Origin: a virus
Taxonomy: Duplodnaviria > Caudoviricetes
IMG/VR virus record: IMGVR_UViG_3300035670_011014
Location: 814 to 64,813 of that record
Strand: one strand, 5' to 3'
Length of the DNA: 64,000 nt
A program made the position numbers and the translations under genes. Each line of letters starts with the position of its first letter. Positions within the stretch are counted from its first letter, which is position 1. The notes below the pieces were generated by a model, which did no database searches, was not told where the DNA came from, and worked only from the letters and a program-made list of their open reading frames with translations. Positions 10,130 through 19,869 of the stretch are shown here, piece by piece.

Positions 10130-13100
10130 ATGAACAATTACGGTGTAATATTAACAAGTGAAAACTTTTCGGGTAAAACCGCGTTAATTACATTTGTTGA
10201 AGAGGGTACTGAGTTAGTAACCAATTTAGGTTATCAAGAAATACCTTATACCTATTTCCCTGATGACGGGACACCTCAAGGAGTTTATTATTTGTTTTTG
10301 ACAGGAACCGGGGAAACATGTATAATAAATGTAACAGAACCCAATCCTACTCCTACACCAACTAACACGGTAACACCAACAACCACAACAAGTCCAACTC
10401 CAACCCCAACAGTAACACCAACAGCAACAAATCTTTCGGTTGAAATTATTTTGACTGGTGAATATTCGGAGGGTTCTATTAATGCCGCTTACATTGCAAC
10501 ATCAAACAATCCTTTGGATGTTGATTTGAAACTTTCGTTTACTGATAATTTGGGAACCACCACAGGCTCTTCAATTACAATAAATGGAGAAGTAACAATT
10601 TTACAAGGACAAAATACAGGATATAGTTATTACACTATTGGTACTGATTATAGCGTTTTGAATGATACTAACACGTTTTCGTCCATAACATCCGATATTA
10701 CGGGTAGTTCAATTTATACGTTTTTTGTTCGAACTGATTCGGAATTTAACGTCACCCCAACACCTACACAGACACCTACTCAGACACAAACCCCAACTAA
10801 TACTGAAACACCAACCAATACTCCAACACCCACAAATACTGAAACTCAAACCCAAACACCCACACCAACTAATACTGAAACCCCAACCAATACTCCAACA
10901 CCCACAAACACTGAAACTCCAACGCCTACAAATACTGAAACCCCAACCAATACTCCAACACCCACAAATACTGAAACTCCAACTCAAACTCCAACACCCA
11001 CAAATACTGAAACTCCAACCAATACACCAACGCCTACAAATACTGAAACTCCAACGAATACCCCAACACAGACTGAAACCTCGACAAATACTCCAACACC
11101 AACAAATACTCAAACACCAACAAAAACACCCACACCTACCATAACACCAACATCTACAACACCTTCGGAGTCAAGAATTGTTTATTGGGATTTTTCAAAC
11201 CCTATTTCATATTCAGGAACAACAACTGTATTTGATTTAGAAAATAATAGTAATGGTACTATTATGAATTCCCCTTTAAGTGGTAGTACGGGATGTGGTT
11301 CTTACGTAGATTTCAATGGTAGTTCACAGTATATCTATAGCAACACCAATTTAAGTCCATTATTTTCTGGTGTTTCCCCAAACAAGTCTGAAGTGACTTC
11401 AATATTTATGTGGATTTATCCTAAAGGTGATGGGGTTATACTTTCTGAAGTCGGCGCTGCAAATTCATTGCTTGGATGGCACACATCAATAATTGAAATG
11501 GTTTCAGGAACCTTTAAGTTTGGTTTTTGGAATGGAACCGCAAATAGTGTTGTTACCTCATCTATACCAACACCATTTAATAATTGGTATTATGTTGGTA
11601 TGACGTATAACGGTTCAACTTTAACCGCATATATTGATGGGGTAAGTGCTGGTAATATAACCTTCAATAGATTGGCTCCTTACAATAGCGGATCGGGACT
11701 ATTTTATTTACTAGCCCATCAAGATACAACAAATATGGGTGACGGAGGATTTGGTGATTACAGGGTTGGTAGTTTCGAAATTTACACAACATCTCTTAAT
11801 TCGACACAAATAAATAACAACTATACAAGTTCTTCGGTAAATTATATTTGTCCACCCCCCACTCCTACACAAACACCTACACAAACCTCAACCCCAACAG
11901 TAACTCCAACTAATACACCTACCCAAACCTCAACCAATACACCGACACCTACCAATACTGAAACACCAACAAATACACCAACCCCATCGTCAACACCAAG
12001 TTTGGTTACATCCGGATTGATTATACAACTTGATGCATATGAGAACTCAAGTTATCCTGGAACAGGTACAACAGTTTATGATATAACAGGGGGGTATAAT
12101 CACACATTAATCGGTGCAACTTACACAGTTCTTAACGGTATAAAATGTTTTGATTGTACGACAGGGAATAATAGAGTTAATTACAACGCAACAGGACCTA
12201 CATTACCAACATCAGGTTATACATACATTACTTGGGCAAAATTAGAACCTGGTAATCCATCATCATTTAGAACATTACTTTATACTAACTCACCTAAATA
12301 TACACCAATAACAATCCCTAACGGAACAAATACATTAGGATATTGGGATAGTGCGTTTAGAAGTTCAGGGTATGATTTATCAGGTGAAACAAGTGTTTGG
12401 GTTCAATATGCGGTAGTAGGGACAAACTCGTCTCAAACATTCTACATAAATGGTTCACAGGTGGGAAGTACAATCAATGAGGGTGCTGGTGGAACTACAC
12501 ATTGGGGATGGGGTAATAATGATATTGTTCCTCAGCCTTGGGGACATGTTGCCAACATGTATTTCTACAATAGACAATTGTCGCTTTCTGAAATCACACA
12601 ACAATATAATTTCTTGGCACCAAGATTTGTTGAACCAACACCCACCCCTACATCAACATCAACACCTACGGTTACTCCAACAAATACAATAACACCAACT
12701 AATACTATTACACCTACACCATCACCCACACCTAATATTGTAACATCAAACCTACAACTACAATTATTACCAAGTAGTTATGTTGGTTCAGGAACTGTTT
12801 GGGATACAACGGTTGGGACTACTGATGCAACATTATCAGGAAGTCCAACTTATGATGTGTTAAGTGGATTTACATTCAATGGAACATCATCGTATGGTAG
12901 AATCCCAAGTGTTAATGATGTTACAAACTTTACAAATACTCAACAATATACTATTGAGATTTGGTTTAATCCGGCTAATGGGCAACCAAACGCAGGTGAA
13001 GCGGAACTGTTAGAAAAATGGAATCTAAATAACGAATCAAGATATCCTTACACAATTAGATTTAATGAAGGCGCAAGTAGCATGGTTGTTGCCGCCTATG

Positions 13101-13426
13101 ATGGAAGTAATTTTCCTTCGGTTAGTATAGCCGGATTCCCTGTGAATACTTGGAGACAATTAGTTGCTGTCTTTGATTTTGGCGTTGGTAAAACACTTAC
13201 AGTTTATAGAAATGGTGTTTCCGCGGGAAGTGCAAGTTTAGTAGGAGTTGGACAGGTAAGTAACACGAGCCCTGTAGGTATTGCGGGTAGAGTTGCATCA
13301 GGAACGGGAGCATTACAAGTTCCGTTTAAGGGGACTGTAGGAATCATAAGAATGTATAATACATCATTGACGGCATCACAAGTGTTACAAAACTTTGATG
13401 CTGATAAATCAATGTTCGGATTATAA
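10130..13426 (+). CDS. Modular fibre protein with Thr/Pro linkers and three LamG/ConA-like domains
   Basis: Three modules with FNG/FDC...W...[23 protein letters not shown]...Y[I/R][D/N]G...[I/M]Y...L[N/S/T]..[Q/E][I/V]..N/Q[Y/F], each preceded by TP repeats. ATG at 10130 preferred over TTG at 10127. Confidence 0.75.
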   Translation: MNNYGVILTSENFSGKTALITFVEEGTELVTNLGYQEIPYTYFPDDGTPQGVYYLFLTGTGETCIINVTEPNPTPTPTNTVTPTTTTSPTPTPTVTPTATNLSVEIILTGEYSEGSINAAYIATSNNPLDVDLKLSFTDNLGTTTGSSITINGEVTILQGQNTGYSYYTIGTDYSVLNDTNTFSSITSDITGSSIYTFFVRTDSEFNVTPTPTQTPTQTQTPTNTETPTNTPTPTNTETQTQTPTPTNTETPTNTPTPTNTETPTPTNTETPTNTPTPTNTETPTQTPTPTNTETPTNTPTPTNTETPTNTPTQTETSTNTPTPTNTQTPTKTPTPTITPTSTTPSESRIVYWDFSNPISYSGTTTVFDLENNSNGTIMNSPLSGSTGCGSYVDFNGSSQYIYSNTNLSPLFSGVSPNKSEVTSIFMWIYPKGDGVILSEVGAANSLLGWHTSIIEMVSGTFKFGFWNGTANSVVTSSIPTPFNNWYYVGMTYNGSTLTAYIDGVSAGNITFNRLAPYNSGSGLFYLLAHQDTTNMGDGGFGDYRVGSFEIYTTSLNSTQINNNYTSSSVNYICPPPTPTQTPTQTSTPTVTPTNTPTQTSTNTPTPTNTETPTNTPTPSSTPSLVTSGLIIQLDAYENSSYPGTGTTVYDITGGYNHTLIGATYTVLNGIKCFDCTTGNNRVNYNATGPTLPTSGYTYITWAKLEPGNPSSFRTLLYTNSPKYTPITIPNGTNTLGYWDSAFRSSGYDLSGETSVWVQYAVVGTNSSQTFYINGSQVGSTINEGAGGTTHWGWGNNDIVPQPWGHVANMYFYNRQLSLSEITQQYNFLAPRFVEPTPTPTSTSTPTVTPTNTITPTNTITPTPSPTPNIVTSNLQLQLLPSSYVGSGTVWDTTVGTTDATLSGSPTYDVLSGFTFNGTSSYGRIPSVNDVTNFTNTQQYTIEIWFNPANGQPNAGEAELLEKWNLNNESRYPYTIRFNEGASSMVVAAYDGSNFPSVSIAGFPVNTWRQLVAVFDFGVGKTLTVYRNGVSAGSASLVGVGQVSNTSPVGIAGRVASGTGALQVPFKGTVGIIRMYNTSLTASQVLQNFDADKSMFGL
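10750..11165 (+). repeat. Coding tandem repeat (TPTNTE-like units)
   Basis: Repeated ~30-nt units such as ccaacacccacaaatactgaaact, nearly identical to those at 7870-8640. Confidence 0.9.
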
Positions 13427-13454
13427 ACTAATATATTTATAAAATAAAACATAC

Positions 13455-13862
13455 ATGGAATTTTTTATCAGAAAAAACGCAACCCTACCAATATTAAAAA
13501 TGCAAGTGGTTCAAGACGGGCGTAATGATTACAATTCGTTTATGGAGTCATTAGTGAATGCGAATATAAGATTTTCCATGAAAACTGAAGATACGGGTAT
13601 CTTGAAAATTGCATCCAAACAAGCCTTTATTGTTGAAAAAACTCAAGATAACCCTGACGCCCCTGTCGAGTACTACATTTATTATAAGTGGAGTGGAAAT
13701 GACACCAAAAAGACGGGACGTTACATTGGAGAATTTTCAATAACAAACACAGATGGGGAACTTATAGCACCCATTAGAGAAACCTTATATATCAATATTA
13801 CAGACTCATTTGTGACAGGTGGTGCAGGTTCAAGTTCCAACCCATCAGGTGGATGTTGTTGA
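13455..13862 (+). CDS. BppU N-terminal-like virion/baseplate protein
   Basis: FFIRKNATLPILKMQV...YKWSGNDTKKTGRYIGEFSI resembles the BppU_N pattern. Confidence 0.5.
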   Translation: MEFFIRKNATLPILKMQVVQDGRNDYNSFMESLVNANIRFSMKTEDTGILKIASKQAFIVEKTQDNPDAPVEYYIYYKWSGNDTKKTGRYIGEFSITNTDGELIAPIRETLYINITDSFVTGGAGSSSNPSGGCC

Positions 13863-13902
13863 TTTGACAAAACAACCTAAGATTTATATTATTGTATTTA
13901 TA
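13863..13902 (+). promoter_or_regulatory. Putative host-RNAP promoter upstream of DNA polymerase, followed by TATTTATA
   Basis: TTGACA(13864)-N17-TATTAT; also readable as Bacteroidota-like TTTG-N20-TAttATTG (one mismatch to TAnnTTTG); TATTTATA at 13895. Confidence 0.4.
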
Positions 13903-13961
13903 AAAGAAGGGTAATCTCAAATTCCTTGAGAGTATAATATCCCACTTTAAAAAATACAAAT

Positions 13962-16784
13962 ATGGTATCACAAGAAGAAATTGAAGAGTTCCTTTTGGGG
14001 TTAGATCCCGAACCTTATATCGTAGCATTAGAGTACGATTACGCGACAGATAAAATATTCAAAATCATCCAACATCCCGAACAAGGTAAAATTGTCAAGG
14101 TAGATAGTTTTATACCTTTTGCTTGGGTAGGAGACTTACACAATCGAAATTTCTATCAAGGTTCCAAAGAGCTTCAAAAGAAAGCCATGAGTGAACATGG
14201 TATTGTCATAGATAAGTTGAATACTATGGGGGATCCACGTTTGGAACTCGGACTTAGGTTCTTGGTAAAAACTACAAAAACATATCAAAATTTGATAAAC
14301 TTTTTCAAAAACGGTGGAGTAGAACCATGGGGACGAGATAATTCAGACGTTATTTCAATATTACCACCAGTGGAACAATACCTTGTTCAAAAACAGAAAA
14401 GACTATTCAAAGGATTTGAAGAATACGAAGAAGTTCATAGATTAGTATTCGACATCGAAACCACGGGTCTTGATGCAAATAAGGACTCCATTTTTTTGAT
14501 TGGAATCAAAGACAATCGTGGTTATTTAAAGATTTTATCCGCACAAAATAAAGAAGAAGAAAAGGAAATTATAATTGAATTTTTCAAAATTGTTGATGAA
14601 ATCCGTCCGACACTTATCGGTGGATATAACTCAGCGTTCTTCGATTTTCCTTTTATTATTACTCGAGCCCGATTGTTGGGTGTTGATTTGAAAAAGGTGG
14701 CAAAAACTCTCAACCCTGCCCAAAGTATCAAACAAAAAGAGGGTATTCTTAAACTTGCCAATGAAATGGAACCCTATACCCAAACTCAGATGTGGGGATA
14801 TAACGTTATTGATATTGCACATGCGGTTCGACGAGCACAGGCAATTAACTCAGATATCAAAAGTTGGGGATTGAAATATATTACACAATTTATCGGGGCA
14901 GAAAAACCAAATCGTGTGTATGTCCAAGGTGATAAAATCGGTAAGATTTATTTCGACAACAAAGATTATTATATAAATCCTGAATCAGGAAAGTATAAAG
15001 AAGTTGGAGAACCTGGTACTGAAAATCTAATGACACGTTTTCCAGGTAAATACGAAAACATCACAGGAAAAAAAATCATCGAAAGTTATTTGGACGATGA
15101 CTTGTATGAAACGATGGTTGTAGACGGTGAATTTAACCAAGCGAACTTCTTGTTGGCGAAATTGGTACCCACCACTTACGAGAGACTATCAACGATGGGT
15201 ACTGCAACTCTGTGGAAAATGATTATGCAGTCTTGGAGTTATAAACACGGTTTGGCTATTCCTGTGAAAAATCCGAAACGTAGTTTTACTGGAGGACTAT
15301 CCCGACTTCTTCAGGTTGGATACTCAAGAGATGTACTCAAGTTAGACTACTCTTCACTATATCCATCAATTCAGTTAGTCCATGACGTATTCCCAAAATG
15401 TGATGTAACTGGTGCGATGAAAAGTATGTTGAAATATTTTAGGGATACTCGTATTAGATATAAAAAGTTGTCTGAGCAATACGCTAAAACAGACCCTAAG
15501 TTGTCATCACAGTACGGACGTAAGCAACTACCCATTAAAATCTTCATCAACGCATTCTTTGGTTCGTTGTCTGCCCCTCACGTGTTTCCTTGGGGTGATA
15601 TGGATATGGGTGAACAGATTACATGTACAGGTAGACAATATTTGAGACAAATGATTATGTGGTTCATGAAGCGTGGATACGAACCGCTCGTAATGGATAC
15701 CGATGGTGTTAACTTTGCAACTCCACCTGAAAGATTGGATTATAAATACATCGGTAAAGGACTAAATGGACTTGTCGTTGAAGGTAAAGAATATGTCGGA
15801 GCAGAGGCAGACGTTGCAGAATACAACGATTTGTTCATGAGAAACGAAATGGGTTTGGATATTGATGGAGTATGGCCGGCAACAATCAATGTGGCACGTA
15901 AAAACTATGCACTTTTGACCGATAAAGGAAAAGTAAAACTTACGGGTAACACCATTAAATCAAAAAAACTACAAACATATATGGCGGAGTTTCTTGATGT
16001 GGGACTTCGGATGTTGTTAGATGGTAAGGGTTCTGAGTTTTTAGATTATTATTATGATTACTTGTCGATGTTGTTTAACAAACAAATCCCTTTGAGTAAA
16101 ATCGCAAACAAAGCAAGGGTAAAACAATCTTTGGAAGATTATAAAGTACACGTTACAAAAACCACAAAATCAGGTTCCCTTATGTCCCGGCAAGCGCATA
16201 TGGAATTGGTACTTAATGCAGGTGTAAATGTCGGACTTGGTGATACGATTTATTATGTGAACAACGGTACCCGTAAATCTCACGGTGATGTCCAAAAAAA
16301 GGGAAACAATATCACTTTGAATTGTTACATAATTGACGAAAAAGAAATCAATAAAAATCCTGATACGTTGGGTGATTACAACGTACCAAGGTATATTGCC
16401 GCATTCAATAAAAGAATTGAACCTCTATTGGTTGTATTCAATCCTGAAATTCGTGAAAGTATTCTCATAGAAGACCCAAAAGACCGTCCTATATTCACAA
16501 AATCTCAAGCAGAACTTGTTCGTGGTTTTCCTAGAAGGATTGGTGATCAAGATACGTTAGAGGAGGTAATGACGCTGTCTGATGGTGAAATTGCATTTTG
16601 GAGACACGTTGGAATCGATCCTTATTATATGTACTTAGAAGGCACCAAAGAGTTGGTTGAAGAATTTTGGGTTAATAAAAACACTGAAATTATGTATGGT
16701 GATTACAAAGTTAATACTTTAATACCAAAGGATGAACTTTACGAAACCAATGAAAATGGGGATTATCTAATATATGCCTTTTAG
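13962..16784 (+). CDS. polB: Family B DNA polymerase with 3'-5' exonuclease
   Basis: FDIETTG, GYNSAFFDFP, LDYSSLYPSI (motif A), KIFINAFFG (motif B), MDTDG (motif C), RKNYA. Confidence 0.95.
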   Translation: MVSQEEIEEFLLGLDPEPYIVALEYDYATDKIFKIIQHPEQGKIVKVDSFIPFAWVGDLHNRNFYQGSKELQKKAMSEHGIVIDKLNTMGDPRLELGLRFLVKTTKTYQNLINFFKNGGVEPWGRDNSDVISILPPVEQYLVQKQKRLFKGFEEYEEVHRLVFDIETTGLDANKDSIFLIGIKDNRGYLKILSAQNKEEEKEIIIEFFKIVDEIRPTLIGGYNSAFFDFPFIITRARLLGVDLKKVAKTLNPAQSIKQKEGILKLANEMEPYTQTQMWGYNVIDIAHAVRRAQAINSDIKSWGLKYITQFIGAEKPNRVYVQGDKIGKIYFDNKDYYINPESGKYKEVGEPGTENLMTRFPGKYENITGKKIIESYLDDDLYETMVVDGEFNQANFLLAKLVPTTYERLSTMGTATLWKMIMQSWSYKHGLAIPVKNPKRSFTGGLSRLLQVGYSRDVLKLDYSSLYPSIQLVHDVFPKCDVTGAMKSMLKYFRDTRIRYKKLSEQYAKTDPKLSSQYGRKQLPIKIFINAFFGSLSAPHVFPWGDMDMGEQITCTGRQYLRQMIMWFMKRGYEPLVMDTDGVNFATPPERLDYKYIGKGLNGLVVEGKEYVGAEADVAEYNDLFMRNEMGLDIDGVWPATINVARKNYALLTDKGKVKLTGNTIKSKKLQTYMAEFLDVGLRMLLDGKGSEFLDYYYDYLSMLFNKQIPLSKIANKARVKQSLEDYKVHVTKTTKSGSLMSRQAHMELVLNAGVNVGLGDTIYYVNNGTRKSHGDVQKKGNNITLNCYIIDEKEINKNPDTLGDYNVPRYIAAFNKRIEPLLVVFNPEIRESILIEDPKDRPIFTKSQAELVRGFPRRIGDQDTLEEVMTLSDGEIAFWRHVGIDPYYMYLEGTKELVEEFWVNKNTEIMYGDYKVNTLIPKDELYETNENGDYLIYAF

Positions 16785-17116
16785 GAATTCTTCAATCCAT
16801 CAGAGGACATAATATACCAATTACCCCCTATGAATCTGAGTTCAACACAAGCACCCTTGCTTGTTACAATTTCATCGTATTCTTCGTCGATAAGCCCATT
16901 AGTAGTTTTAATGGTTACATCGGTGACGGCTTTTATTGTAACGTGATCTGTGGTGTTACTATCTAAGAAAACAGTACAATGACCGACATTGCGAACAACA
17001 ATTGCACTTTCACCTTTGGTGGTGTATTGTGGTTCGTTTATAACAACTAACTCCGATGTTACAATAGTGACGCCGTTTATAATTTTTTGACTTGGGATGC
17101 TTCTAACAATTGCCAT
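16781..17116 (-). CDS. Small hypothetical, probably structural protein
   Basis: 111 aa, beta-rich, ends VELRFIGGNWYIMSS; directly downstream of the neck gene. Confidence 0.6.
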   Translation of the reverse strand: MAIVRSIPSQKIINGVTIVTSELVVINEPQYTTKGESAIVVRNVGHCTVFLDSNTTDHVTIKAVTDVTIKTTNGLIDEEYDEIVTSKGACVELRFIGGNWYIMSSDGLKNS

Positions 17117-17122
17117 AAAATA

Positions 17123-18235
17123 TTATATAACATCAAATGGATTTGGTAAAGCACGATATTGTAGTAATTTGTTTAGACTTTCCGCTTGGTTTGCCTTTAC
17201 CTCCATCATCTTGTCGGGACGTAGTCTTTCGAGTCTCCCCATTAGTTCTTCCATTAACTTAGATTTTTCATCCTTAGCTTCTGTCAACAACGAATCATAT
17301 TCTAAAGTTAATTCTGAATCAGGGGTTTTAAGATTTCCCCCATATTTTCCTCTAACCCTACCAAGTGTTTCTTTAACGTAGGCGATAAACCACTTACGAA
17401 CCCAAGCCTTTGCGGGTTGGTTTAGTTGTTGCCAACTTAGAACCTCTACAGGAATATCGGATGGTAAACGAACAACATCAGGGTTTTTGGCTAAACAATC
17501 ATCCCTATCGTATGTGTCATAATACCAATACCAAACTCTACCTCCGTGGAAAGACTGACTACCAAAATCAAATCTTCCTCCTGGTACGTTCATTAAGTGA
17601 ATTGCTTTTTTACCCTCGGGTAATGCTGTGACTCTGTAAGTTAAGTCTGCGCCAACAATTCTTCTTTTTATATTGATGTCTGACATTCTAAGTAGTACAT
17701 CAAAGGCTGGTGTGATGAAATAACTTCCCATTGAACCCATTTGTGAAAATCCCGCACCACCACCAAGTCCGATGCCACCGAATCCTCCGAATCCACCCAT
17801 GAAAGGGTCGAAGTATGCTGCGTCCAATTCGGCACGTGAAAACCACAATAGTTCATTCAATTCCCTACCCGCTGGTATTTCATAGATTTGGGTGTTGGCA
17901 CTCAAATCAAAATAATCTTTTTTCAACACGTAATCACCACCCGCCTGTAGTCCTACTATTTTGGAGTATGCGTAAGTGTATTGAGTTTCCCAATCCAAAC
18001 TTCTCGTTAGAAAAGCTTTCGTTACGGATTGTTCATCTAAGTCCAAGCCATATAGTGATGTCCATTGAGATTCAATCAACCAATCGTATACATACTGACT
18101 ATAATCTTCAATGGATAACTCCAATAAAGAATCCATCATTTCATCTTCAACTTCGACACCCCTAAGAGGTGCTCCAAGTAAGTGACGAACTTTAGTATAA
18201 AGTTTTGTTCTTTCGGGTCCTACAATGATTGACAT
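17123..18235 (-). CDS. Neck/head-tail adaptor (T4 gp13-like)
   Basis: N-terminal LYTKVRHLLGAPLRGVEVEDEMMD..LELSIEDYSQY and C-terminal LGRVRGKY resemble gp13-type neck proteins. Confidence 0.65.
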   Translation of the reverse strand: MSIIVGPERTKLYTKVRHLLGAPLRGVEVEDEMMDSLLELSIEDYSQYVYDWLIESQWTSLYGLDLDEQSVTKAFLTRSLDWETQYTYAYSKIVGLQAGGDYVLKKDYFDLSANTQIYEIPAGRELNELLWFSRAELDAAYFDPFMGGFGGFGGIGLGGGAGFSQMGSMGSYFITPAFDVLLRMSDINIKRRIVGADLTYRVTALPEGKKAIHLMNVPGGRFDFGSQSFHGGRVWYWYYDTYDRDDCLAKNPDVVRLPSDIPVEVLSWQQLNQPAKAWVRKWFIAYVKETLGRVRGKYGGNLKTPDSELTLEYDSLLTEAKDEKSKLMEELMGRLERLRPDKMMEVKANQAESLNKLLQYRALPNPFDVI

Positions 18236-18268
18236 GAACTTTTTTATAAATAAATATCAAACGATGAT

Positions 18269-19828
18269 TTATTTATTCAACCAATTTTCTTTAGGTATGT
18301 TATACTTACCATCTACAATTGAAACGTTTTCGTTTTTGAAAATGTAAGTGTCCCCTTTGGTTGATATAAAAACTAAGTATTTGATAATAGAAGGTTGGTA
18401 GTTCTTAACTTGTCCTGTGTCGGATAAAACATACATATCCTCGGTTTCTTCCATAGAACCGAATGGTTTTATCTGTGCATATTCTTTATTACCATCTTCG
18501 TATTGTATAACAGCATCTTTTCCTGCCAATGCATCGGTAGTTACTCCCAAACCTCCTTCTTTTGTCACTTTAGCGTTTTGGAAATAACTTTTCATACTCT
18601 GTACTGCCCTGTCTTCTTGTTTGTCTCCATATTCATCATTTTTAGCGAGTGAACTCATAATTTTTTGGAACGTTCTTGAATTGGGTGAAAATATTCTATA
18701 GGCGAATTGATTCAAGTAACTACTCAACTTACTCATTTCTTCTATTTGTTTTTCGGGTGTTTGTCCCAAAAAACTTAGAGGATTTTGTCCATATTTTTTC
18801 AACACTTCATTAATATCCGTCACCAGTGTACAAAAATTTGTGTAATTTGTATTGAGTTTGTTGATTACACTTCTTCCTTTTTTCTCGTAGTCATAAACCC
18901 CTGAAAGTGTATTGGGCGCGTATTCGTTCCGTTGAAACCAATATTCATTAAAAACTTCTTCCAAAACACTATCGATTGTTTTACGATACATTTCTTTTAT
19001 TTCTGGATTTCGATTAAAAATATCTTTGTAGTTTTTTATTTGAGTATTGTTACAACCTTTAATCTCACCAGCCTCACTTATAATTTGTCTTATAGTTTTC
19101 GATTCCTCAAGTTTGTTATTTGTCTTCAAGTTGTACAAATCATTCACAAAATCCCAATTTACAACACTCCAAAAGTTTTTGATGTAGTCATCTTTTTTGT
19201 TTCTGTACTTTAAGTAGTATGCGTGTTCCCACAAATCTAAACCCAACAAAGGGTATCCTCCGTTTTGGTAGGTATTCATTAGCGGATTATCCTGATTACT
19301 TGTAGTAACAATCCTGAGATTACCTCTTTTTCCAATAATCAACCATACCCACCCAGAACCAAATTTACTTTGAGCTTCTTCTTCGAATTTCTTTTTAAAA
19401 TTATCTAAAGTTTGAAAATCTTTTTTTATTGCCGCTAAGATTTCTCCACCTGCTCGTTGTGGACGAGGGGACAACATTTTCCAAAACATCGCATGGTTAA
19501 ATGCACCTCCCGCATTGTTTTTTATTAGTTTAGGGAACTTGGAAATACCTTTTACAATTTCTTCAAGTTCCATATCACCACCTTGTCTATTTTTCAGTGC
19601 TTTATTTAATTTGTCCAAGTAACCTTTGTAATGTTTATTGTAGTGAATATTCATTGTTTCGGGATCGATGAAACGTCTCAAGGCTGAATAAGAGTATGGT
19701 AATTTTTCAATACCTATTTCTTTCATTTCTGATAAAATTTGTTGAGGAATTTTGTTTTCGAAAAGACTTTCTTGTGTGATTTCCTCTTCGAGTTCTGAAA
19801 TTCTTTTTTTTATTTTCTTAAATGACAT
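18269..19828 (-). CDS. Fe/Mn superoxide dismutase (Mn-type signature) fused to a ~280-aa C-terminal region with a putative PD-(D/E)xK nuclease motif
   Basis: LPYSYSAL, IHYNKH, NNAGGAFNHAMFW, FGSGWVWL, NQDNP, LDLWEHAYYLKY (all four metal ligands). C-terminal GDKQE...GKD...AQIKP. Confidence 0.85.
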   Translation of the reverse strand: MSFKKIKKRISELEEEITQESLFENKIPQQILSEMKEIGIEKLPYSYSALRRFIDPETMNIHYNKHYKGYLDKLNKALKNRQGGDMELEEIVKGISKFPKLIKNNAGGAFNHAMFWKMLSPRPQRAGGEILAAIKKDFQTLDNFKKKFEEEAQSKFGSGWVWLIIGKRGNLRIVTTSNQDNPLMNTYQNGGYPLLGLDLWEHAYYLKYRNKKDDYIKNFWSVVNWDFVNDLYNLKTNNKLEESKTIRQIISEAGEIKGCNNTQIKNYKDIFNRNPEIKEMYRKTIDSVLEEVFNEYWFQRNEYAPNTLSGVYDYEKKGRSVINKLNTNYTNFCTLVTDINEVLKKYGQNPLSFLGQTPEKQIEEMSKLSSYLNQFAYRIFSPNSRTFQKIMSSLAKNDEYGDKQEDRAVQSMKSYFQNAKVTKEGGLGVTTDALAGKDAVIQYEDGNKEYAQIKPFGSMEETEDMYVLSDTGQVKNYQPSIIKYLVFISTKGDTYIFKNENVSIVDGKYNIPKENWLNK

Positions 19829-19869
19829 CTATTTTGTTTTACTATAAATAATTTGTCACAGCAAAAAAG

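Noticed and set aside
7870-11165. Tandem ~30-nt repeats as a possible CRISPR array
   Set aside because: There are no unique spacers, the units are in-frame codon repeats inside long ORFs, and no cas genes are present.
10130-13426. Repeated LamG modules as a diversity-generating retroelement target
   Set aside because: The modules are highly diverged; I saw no template/variable repeat pair differing at adenines and no reverse transcriptase in the window.
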